In this document: positions 56,900-64,000 of the stretch, in pieces
Numbering within the stretch: position 1 is the stretch's first letter
Layout: every line of letters starts with the position of its first letter
NCBI GenBank assembly: GCA_963599905.1
Contig: CAVBYX010000045.1
Span: 2,870-66,869 of the forward strand
Source: Acutalibacteraceae bacterium
Lineage (GTDB): Bacteria; Bacillota; Clostridia; Oscillospirales; Acutalibacteraceae
DNA: 64,000 nucleotides
Reading direction: 5' to 3'
The notes under the pieces: generated by a model
Seen by the model: only the letters and a program-made list of their open reading frames with translations
Told to the model about the DNA's origin: nothing
Databases searched by the model: none
Position numbers and translations under genes: made by a program

Positions 56900-58307
56900 T
56901 AATTTTTTCCGAAATTAGTTCTCCGTCAGTCCAAAAACCGATTACTATATCTCCGTTTTCGTTAAGTGATATGCTTTTTCCGTTTCTGATACCGTCAATA
57001 TATTGACATACATCAAGGAAATTACCTTTTTTATCAAAACGTGCTCCGTATTCTTCAGGTAAATTAGATTTCCATTTTCCGATATGCATAATGCCGTCGC
57101 TTTGTCTGTATCCAACGCCGCAACCCGTTCTTACGCCGTTATTCCACTCGCCGACATAGTTTACCGAGCCGTTCTTATAATAACATATTCCAAAGCCTTG
57201 ACGCTTATCATCAACATAATTTCCTTCATAAGAAGTAAATCCCTCAGGAGTTTCGGTACGACCCCGGCCTGTTCTTAATTTATCGGCATCAAGCTCTCCG
57301 TAGTACAAATATTCACCTGTTTCGGTAACAATAGAAGTATCCGGTTCGGCTTTGCTTGCCTGTATTAATTTTAAATTATTATCATCCGCTGTGTCTTCAT
57401 TATCTTTTGTTTTTGAATTATCATTATCGGGAATTTCGGAAAGACGAGAATCATCAGAATTGTCTTGATTTTCGTTGTTTTCAACACCGAACAGGTTTTT
57501 GTTTGTCTTATGTGCTTCAACAAGTATCCGCTCTATTTTATCATAAGCAGAATAATTATTGTCACTCGAAGCCGTGTATAAAATATCTCCTGCATTATCT
57601 GTATTTTCAACAGGTTTTAAATATTCAGCGTTATCTAAATCCTGTGCATTTACAATATTTAACGAAGTTGAAAAATTCTTTGTACTAAAATTAAAGCCGC
57701 TTTTTTTTATTCCCTGCAAATCGTCAAGCACAGAATCATTTGGTCTGAATTTTTCATCAAGCCACAGCATTCCGAAATTTGTATACATCAAACCAACACA
57801 TCTTGCGTTGCTTTGCTTGTTAACCGACGGAAATAAATATGAAGTTAATTTTTTGCCATCAGGATAAAATCTGTCGTACTTTATCGAAAAATATTCAAAA
57901 ATAAACATCGGCTCTGTAACAGCCGACAACACATTCTCAAATTTATCATCGTAGTATTCGGTTCTTATCCAAATATGTTTGGAATCAAAAAACTGTCTTT
58001 TATTGATTATCCCATTCTGCTTATATGATATAACGGAATACAAACCGCCGGTTTCTTTTTTTACAGTTTGATAGGGAATATTATTGTTGACTATTTTCCA
58101 AGATAAAGGTTCATTTTCAGATAAAAAATACGAAAGCTTATATTCTTTACCGTCAATTTCAATATTGGTTTTTTCATTCTGACTCGAATGATTGGAGTTA
58201 AAATAGTTAGCTCTGACTCCGGCTAAGGCGTCATTTTTAAAATCTAGTTTTTCAAAATTTGAGATCAAAGCAGAAAAGACAATCAAGTTATTATAATTTG
58301 AAATCAT
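56877..58307 (-). CDS. MORN-repeat protein with large unassigned N-terminal domain
   Basis: C-terminal YEGNYVDDKRQGFGICYYKNGSVNYVGEWNNGVRTGCGV MORN repeats. Acidic low-complexity linker. Its 3' end overlaps the mscS start by 23 nt. Confidence 0.65.
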   Translation of the reverse strand: MISNYNNLIVFSALISNFEKLDFKNDALAGVRANYFNSNHSSQNEKTNIEIDGKEYKLSYFLSENEPLSWKIVNNNIPYQTVKKETGGLYSVISYKQNGIINKRQFFDSKHIWIRTEYYDDKFENVLSAVTEPMFIFEYFSIKYDRFYPDGKKLTSYLFPSVNKQSNARCVGLMYTNFGMLWLDEKFRPNDSVLDDLQGIKKSGFNFSTKNFSTSLNIVNAQDLDNAEYLKPVENTDNAGDILYTASSDNNYSAYDKIERILVEAHKTNKNLFGVENNENQDNSDDSRLSEIPDNDNSKTKDNEDTADDNNLKLIQASKAEPDTSIVTETGEYLYYGELDADKLRTGRGRTETPEGFTSYEGNYVDDKRQGFGICYYKNGSVNYVGEWNNGVRTGCGVGYRQSDGIMHIGKWKSNLPEEYGARFDKKGNFLDVCQYIDGIRNGKSISLNENGDIVIGFWTDGELISEKIIDGGNND

Positions 58308-58354
58308 ATCATAATTCCTTTCAGGAAAATAAACAATCTAAAAAGCCAAATCAT

Positions 58355-58383
58355 AAAAAACAAGGGCGAACAAAGTCCGCCCT
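58355..58383 (-). terminator. Rho-independent terminator of pfkA
   Basis: Minus strand: AGGGCG-GACTTTGTT-CGCCCT followed by TGTTTTTTAT. Confidence 0.6.
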
Positions 58384-58402
58384 GAAATTTATAAAAATAT
58401 TA

Positions 58403-59371
58403 TCAAATAGAAATTGTCATTGCAATTTTGTACAGTTCAAGGTCAAATACACGTTCCATATCAAGAGCTTCATTAATATCAAGATCGGTAATTTTACCGT
58501 TACGCATAACAACAACACGATTACCGATATTTTTTTCAAGAAGCTGAACAGCCTTATATCCCATCTCACTTGCAACAACTCTGTCACGAAGCGTCGGCGA
58601 ACCTCCGCGCTGTACATGACCGAGAACAGTTGCTCTTGTTTCGATTCCGAGACGTTGCTCAATATATTTGGCAAGATCGTTAACTCCGCCGACACCTTCC
58701 GCAACAACAACGATAAAATGCTTTTTGCCTGTTTTTTGGGTATTAATAATTCTTGTAATTACATCACGTTCAATATTATATTCGATTTCAGGAACAAGAA
58801 TTGCGGTTGCACCGGCTGCAATACCGGTCTGAAGCGCAATATCACCGCAACGTCTGCCCATAACTTCAACGATTGAGCAACGATCGTGTGATTGAGCTGT
58901 GTCTCTGATTCTGTCAACCATCTGAATAGCAGTATTCATTGCAGTATCAAATCCTACCGTATACTCGGAACAGGCAATATCATTATCAATTGTTCCGGGA
59001 ACACCGATACAATTGATTCCCGCATTAGTAAGAGCGCGTGCACCTCTGAATGAACCGTCACCGCCAATAACAACAACACCGCCGATTCCTATACTTCTGC
59101 AAAAGTCAGCAGCTTTTTTAATTCCGGCAGGTGTCGCAAACTCTTCACTGCGAGCCGTATAAAGCATTGTTCCGCCGTTTCCGATTATGTCGGAAACGCT
59201 GCGAAGATTCATCTCCTGAATATCGCCGTTCAAAAGTCCGTTATATCCACGGTAAACACCGTATACTTTCATACCTTTATTTATACCTGCACGAACAACA
59301 GACCTTACAGCCGCATTCATACCGGGAGCATCGCCACCGCTTGTTAAAACTGCAATAGATTTTTCAGACAT
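58403..59371 (-). CDS. pfkA: ATP-dependent 6-phosphofructokinase
   Basis: IAVLTSGGDAPGMNAA, GGDGS, PGTIDND, MGR, LGHVQRGG. Confidence 0.95.
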   Translation of the reverse strand: MSEKSIAVLTSGGDAPGMNAAVRSVVRAGINKGMKVYGVYRGYNGLLNGDIQEMNLRSVSDIIGNGGTMLYTARSEEFATPAGIKKAADFCRSIGIGGVVVIGGDGSFRGARALTNAGINCIGVPGTIDNDIACSEYTVGFDTAMNTAIQMVDRIRDTAQSHDRCSIVEVMGRRCGDIALQTGIAAGATAILVPEIEYNIERDVITRIINTQKTGKKHFIVVVAEGVGGVNDLAKYIEQRLGIETRATVLGHVQRGGSPTLRDRVVASEMGYKAVQLLEKNIGNRVVVMRNGKITDLDINEALDMERVFDLELYKIAMTISI

Positions 59372-59587
59372 AGTACTACCTCCGTTAGGTTATTAACATT
59401 GTTATTATAATACAAATATTTTTTGTTTACAAGGGGATTTTTAAAATTTGGCGAATTTTCATTACATTATGTTACAAAAGCAAATAAATCTTGACTTTTT
59501 AATTTGTGAGTATTAATATATATAGTATATGTAAAGCTATTATTTGTTCTACTTGAATTTTGATTAATTATTTATAAGGAGACTATT

Positions 59588-60532
59588 ATGACGAAATTGT
59601 ATTTAGCAATTCCTTGTTATAATGAAGAGGAAGTTTTAAGAGATTCTGCTGAAAAACTCAATAATAAATATAACGAAATGATGGCAGAGGGAAAAATTTC
59701 TTCTGACAGCAAAATTGTTTTTATTGATGACGGATCCAAAGACAAAACTTGGAATATAATTTCCGAGCTTCACAAAGAAAATCCGATTTTTCAAGGAATA
59801 AAGCTTACTCGCAACAGAGGTCATCAAAATGCACTGCTTTGCGGTCTTATGACATTAAAAGACAAAGCTGACGCAGTAATATCAATCGATGCGGATTTGC
59901 AGGATGACATAAACGTTTTTGATGAAATGGTTAAAAAATATGAAGACGGATGCGATGTGGTATACGGTGTGCGTTCAAAGCGTACAACCGATACTTTCTT
60001 TAAACGTTTCACCGCCGAAGCTTTCTATAAAATCCTAAATAAAATGGGCGCAAAGGTGATTTTTAACCACGCCGATTTCAGACTTATGAGCAAACGTGCT
60101 CTTGAAGCTTTTTCAATGTACAAAGAAACCAATATATTCCTGAGAGGAATGGTTCCGCTTGTAGGTTATAAATCCGATGTTGTAAAATACGAACGTGCCG
60201 AACGCTTGGCGGGTGAAAGTAAATATCCGCTTAAAAAGATGCTTGCACTTGCCTGGGAGGGAATCACGTCACTGAGTATCCAACCGATACGAATGATTAC
60301 TTGGCTTGGCGCCATAATATTTGCAATCAGCCTTGTCATTATAATCTACTCACTTGTAAGATTCTTCATTGGAGCTACCGTAAGCGGATGGGCAAGTACT
60401 CTTTGCTCCATTTGGGCATTAGGAGGTCTTCAGCTTCTTGCAATCGGTGTAATAGGCGAATATATCGGAAAAATATATCTTGAAACCAAGCGTCGCCCGA
60501 GATACATTGTTGAAGAATTTCTTGAGGATTAA
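59588..60532 (+). CDS. GT2 glycosyltransferase, GtrB-like polyprenol-phosphate sugar transferase
   Basis: IPCYNEEE, IDDGSKDKT, DADLQDD. Two C-terminal TM helices. Confidence 0.85.
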   Translation: MTKLYLAIPCYNEEEVLRDSAEKLNNKYNEMMAEGKISSDSKIVFIDDGSKDKTWNIISELHKENPIFQGIKLTRNRGHQNALLCGLMTLKDKADAVISIDADLQDDINVFDEMVKKYEDGCDVVYGVRSKRTTDTFFKRFTAEAFYKILNKMGAKVIFNHADFRLMSKRALEAFSMYKETNIFLRGMVPLVGYKSDVVKYERAERLAGESKYPLKKMLALAWEGITSLSIQPIRMITWLGAIIFAISLVIIIYSLVRFFIGATVSGWASTLCSIWALGGLQLLAIGVIGEYIGKIYLETKRRPRYIVEEFLED

Positions 60533-60680
60533 TTCACAATATATAATCTAAAAAATCATCAAATAAGTGTTCGTATTATCGAGCACTTATTTTTTTGGAT
60601 AAATATAGTTGTTTTTGTTGTAAAATTTCTGATTTTATGTTAATCTTAATTAAGTATTATTAAAAGTTTTGAAGAATAGG

Positions 60681-63572
60681 ATGGTACAAATGACAGCTAA
60701 CAAAAATGTTAAGGCTAACAAATTGAAGCCTACACAAAAAGAAAGAGACGGTTCGCTGGATATAATTCGTATCGTTGCGGTAGCAACTGTCCTTTCTGTA
60801 CATTTTTTTCTGCATAACGGATTTTACAGTCAGACCGTTCAGGGTGCACCTATGTATATCATGGTGCTTATGCGCACCTTTTTCACGGTTTGTGTTCCGA
60901 TGTTTATGTTACTCACCGGCTATCTTATGTGCCATAAAACATTAAGTAAGAAGTATTATAAAGGTATTGTAAATACCCTCATAATATATGTTTTGTCGGC
61001 ACTTGCCTGTATGATATTCAAAGCGATTCATGACGGTGCTGAGTTTACGTTTAAATCCGTTATTTTAGGCATATTCGACTTTACCGGAGCAAATTACTCA
61101 TGGTACATTGAGATGTACATAGGTTTATTTTTAATTGCTCCTTTCTTAAATCTTGCTTATAACAAACTGACTAGCCAAAAGCAAAAGCAAGTTTTGGTTT
61201 TAACTTTTGTATTTTTAACAATTATACCATCGGCGTTTAATATTTTTAATTTCGGTTCTCTTAATTGGTGGGTCAATCCTACAAGTTCGGATGAATTTCA
61301 AAAACTTATTCCGAGTTGGTGGATTGGATTTTATCCGGTTGCATATTATTTTACCGGTTGTTATTTGCGTGAATACGGCATTAAATTCAGAACACGTACA
61401 TTATTTGCGCTTTTGGCTGCTTCCGTATTAATATTCGGAACATTTAACTACTACAGAAGTTACGGAACAACTTTTAAATCAGGTATGTACCTGTATTGGT
61501 ACGGTATAGAATCTTATATTCTTGCTGTACTGTTTTTTGCTCTGCTTAAAAGAATTAAAACTGACAACATAAAAAAAGCAACAAAAAAATTTCTTTGGAA
61601 GTTATCAGACCTGGCTTTGGGAATATATTTACTCTCATTTATTTTTGATTCAATCGTTTATCCGATTTTATGTCGGAAAGTTCCGTTAATGACTGACAGA
61701 CTTCCATACTACTTTGTTACGGTACCGATTGTATTTGTTTGTTCCGCAATGAGTTCCGCGGTTTTAAAATTACTTACAAATTGGATAATACTTGCTTATA
61801 ATAAAATATCCGTATTTGTCAAAGAACAACGTCAAAGAAAAGATAAATACAGATGGCAGGATTGCCTGTTTATAGTTTTGCTTGTAGGCGGAATTTTGTT
61901 CGCATTTTGGAAATGCAAATACGGTTTTGGCGGGAGCGATGAGGCGTTTTATCTTACTATTCCGCACAGATTAATCCATGGAGACGCTCTGTTTACCGAC
62001 GAATGGCATTTATCTCAGCTTTCGGGATTGCTCTTAGTACCTTTTGTATGGGTATATGAAACTGTTACTCAATCCACCGAAGGCATTATCCTTGCCGCAA
62101 GATTTACTTATGTAGTATTCCATGCGATAATTTCAATTGTGATTTATACAAGGTTTAGAAAATTCGGATACATTTCAGTATTTGCAAGTGTTTTATTCTT
62201 TATTTACACACCTTATAATATCATGGCAATGAATTATGACTCAATGGGCGTTGACTTTATTGCCGTAACCGGTGCGATGATGGGAACAACGGATTATAAA
62301 AAGAAATTGCCGTTGATTATAAGCGGACTTACCTTTGCGGCTTCTGTTTTATGTTGTCCGTATCTTATGATAGCTTACGCACTGTATGCACTTTGTGTTT
62401 TAGTTCATATAATAATTAAAAAGAAAGACTGCAAATTTATACTTAAATCCGAACTTTTCTCATTAAAGACATTCTTGTTTTTTACAATCGGCGCAGCCGT
62501 ACTTGCATTGATATTTGTAATTTTTGTACTTTCAAAAGCAAGTCTTGGCGATATACTGAGAAACTTTCCTTATCTTATGACAGATCCTGAGCATCCGTCA
62601 ATTTCAATATTTACCAAATTTACAACATACTTTGATACCACTGTAAATTCAATTGCACTGTTTAAAGTATGCGTTTATTCATACTTGGCAATGTTTGCGG
62701 TAATGCTGATTGACAGAAAAAGAAATCTCCACAGAGCGCCGTATCTTATAATTACGGCATCAATTGTTATATTCAGCTATGTTTTAATAGTACCTAATAT
62801 GGTATCGTCAACATATAATGCTATTATGTACCCTCTGATATTCATCGGAATCACTTCATATACATTATGCAAAAACAAGCCCAAAGAATTATTTGCGGCG
62901 CTGTTTATATTGGGATTTATTTATTCATTCTGTATTCACTGCACTTCAAACCAGTATTTCTATGTCATTTCAATGGCTATGGCTTCCGCAAACCTTGCAA
63001 GTTATATCTTCCTTACTCGGCTGATAAAAGAAATGCAGGAAGCTCCGGATAATATAACATATGCGCTTTGGGTAAAACGTATCGCATTTGTATCGGTCGG
63101 ATTTATGATATTCCTTCAAGGCGCACTTCAAATTTCTATAAAGGCAAATCATTGCTTCTGGGAGTTTGGGAATCCGTCAACTCTCACAAGCAAAATTAAT
63201 GACGGCCCGGCAAAAGGAATTTACACCAATCCAACAAACTGTGATAATTACGAAAAAATATATAAAGACATTAGTTCTTATTACAGCAATAAGGAACCCG
63301 ATAAAATACTGTTTTTAAGTAACAAGACTTGGACTTATCTTGCTGTAAAGGATTACCCGTTTGGCACATTATCCGCATGGATGTCCGAAAATATTCCGAG
63401 TTTTAACAGACTTCTTACTTATTATGAAGTAAATCCCGAGAATACACCGAAATATGTTTATATTCCAAAGGATTCCGACTGGGACTTAACAAAAGTTCAG
63501 AGTAAAGCTGCTGAATACGGTTATCAGCTTACCGAAGACTCTGTAAGCTATAAGCTTGAAAAAGTTAATTGA
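60681..63572 (+). CDS. Fused acyltransferase-3 (OafA/YrhL-like) domain and large polytopic membrane domain with soluble C-terminus
   Basis: N-terminal LDIIRIVAVATVLSVHFF acyltransferase_3 pattern over ~10 TM segments. Then ~570 aa with further TM segments and a C-terminal soluble tail. Start uncertain (TTG 60669, ATG 60681 or 60690). Confidence 0.6.
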   Translation: MVQMTANKNVKANKLKPTQKERDGSLDIIRIVAVATVLSVHFFLHNGFYSQTVQGAPMYIMVLMRTFFTVCVPMFMLLTGYLMCHKTLSKKYYKGIVNTLIIYVLSALACMIFKAIHDGAEFTFKSVILGIFDFTGANYSWYIEMYIGLFLIAPFLNLAYNKLTSQKQKQVLVLTFVFLTIIPSAFNIFNFGSLNWWVNPTSSDEFQKLIPSWWIGFYPVAYYFTGCYLREYGIKFRTRTLFALLAASVLIFGTFNYYRSYGTTFKSGMYLYWYGIESYILAVLFFALLKRIKTDNIKKATKKFLWKLSDLALGIYLLSFIFDSIVYPILCRKVPLMTDRLPYYFVTVPIVFVCSAMSSAVLKLLTNWIILAYNKISVFVKEQRQRKDKYRWQDCLFIVLLVGGILFAFWKCKYGFGGSDEAFYLTIPHRLIHGDALFTDEWHLSQLSGLLLVPFVWVYETVTQSTEGIILAARFTYVVFHAIISIVIYTRFRKFGYISVFASVLFFIYTPYNIMAMNYDSMGVDFIAVTGAMMGTTDYKKKLPLIISGLTFAASVLCCPYLMIAYALYALCVLVHIIIKKKDCKFILKSELFSLKTFLFFTIGAAVLALIFVIFVLSKASLGDILRNFPYLMTDPEHPSISIFTKFTTYFDTTVNSIALFKVCVYSYLAMFAVMLIDRKRNLHRAPYLIITASIVIFSYVLIVPNMVSSTYNAIMYPLIFIGITSYTLCKNKPKELFAALFILGFIYSFCIHCTSNQYFYVISMAMASANLASYIFLTRLIKEMQEAPDNITYALWVKRIAFVSVGFMIFLQGALQISIKANHCFWEFGNPSTLTSKINDGPAKGIYTNPTNCDNYEKIYKDISSYYSNKEPDKILFLSNKTWTYLAVKDYPFGTLSAWMSENIPSFNRLLTYYEVNPENTPKYVYIPKDSDWDLTKVQSKAAEYGYQLTEDSVSYKLEKVN

Positions 63573-63733
63573 TAAATTAGTATAATTTGGCAATTAACGG
63601 TTATATTATATCTGCAAATTACTTGTTTTTTTTCAAGAAATGTGATATAGTAATCTTGATTTGGCTAAAATATTTAATATATTTTGTCAATTTATGTAAA
63701 CTTACCGAATTTATTTATTGGGAGTAGTGTTAT

Positions 63734-64000
63734 ATGGATATTATGAAGTTGTATAATGATTGGTGTTCAAATGCAAACGAGGACAAAGATCTAATAACCG
63801 AACTAAAAGCAATTGAAAACAATGAAAACGAAATTAACGAACGTTTTTATACTTCGCTAAAATTCGGTACAGCCGGACTCAGAGGTGTTATCGGTGCGGG
63901 CACTAACAGAATGAATATTTATGTTGTCCGTCAGGCTACACAGGGCTTGGCTAATTACATTTTAAAAAAATACGGCAAGGGCTCGGTAGCAATATCACAC
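63734..64000 (+). CDS. Phospho-sugar mutase (phosphoglucomutase/phosphomannomutase family), 3' end outside window
   Basis: Hand translation MDIMKLYNDW...LKFGTAGLRGVIGAGTNRMN. GGAG RBS. The frame is open to the window end. Confidence 0.8.
   Translation, partial: MDIMKLYNDWCSNANEDKDLITELKAIENNENEINERFYTSLKFGTAGLRGVIGAGTNRMNIYVVRQATQGLANYILKKYGKGSVAISH

Noticed and set aside
58259-58876. 205-aa plus-strand ORF overlapping pfkA.
   Set aside because: It is antisense to pfkA and the pfkA terminator. It is Asn/Lys/Phe-rich and has no RBS.
1-64000. Search for CRISPR arrays, rRNA genes, IS elements/transposases and prophage structural genes.
   Set aside because: No regularly spaced short repeats, no rRNA-like sequence, no DDE/IS transposase ORF and no capsid/tail/terminase-like ORFs were found. 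The only mobility genes are the integrase/Mob set of the IME.

Overview
AT-rich, low-GC Firmicutes (Clostridia-like) chromosome segment. It has two parts.

(1) nt 1-~19,000 is an accessory defence island that looks like two integrative elements inserted in tandem upstream of a tRNA-Thr gene (19588-19663).
- The left element is cut by the window edge. It carries a Type IIS-like R-M operon (two Dam/D12-class m6A methyltransferases plus a 656-aa AlwI-family-like endonuclease). Directly after it comes an AAA+ ATPase / S8 subtilase pair resembling the IetAS defence system.
- A 119-nt imperfect direct repeat (7302-7420 and 18840-18958) brackets an ~11.5 kb integrative mobilizable element (IME).
- IME backbone: XRE repressor, Xis-like HTH, tyrosine integrase, MobC-like protein, RecA-fold ATPase, an inverted-repeat-rich oriT candidate, MobV relaxase and TnpV.
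- IME cargo: (a) a C-protein-like HTH, an 861-aa fused m5C::m6A DNA methyltransferase and a 410-aa HNH nuclease; (b) a translationally coupled TIR-like (ThsB-like, with a Cys-rich insertion) and 2TM-Macro (ThsA-like) pair resembling type II Thoeris.

(2) nt ~19,600-64,000 is ordinary core genome:
- sdpR/sdpI-like pair, and a PnuC-like transporter behind a terminator-containing leader.
- GNAT acetyltransferase and a GH13 amylase.
- A small LysR-associated KAS II / acyl-CoA ligase / thioesterase cluster.
- The conserved pyrH-frr-uppS-cdsA-dxr-rseP-ispG-polC block.
- A hisZGDCBAIE operon that lacks hisH and hisF.
- mtaB, rluA-family, hemW, pfkA, mscS, and a GtrB-like glycosyltransferase next to a giant acyltransferase-fused membrane protein.

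No CRISPR array, rRNA gene or IS element was seen. All family assignments come from motif reading by eye. No database search was run.
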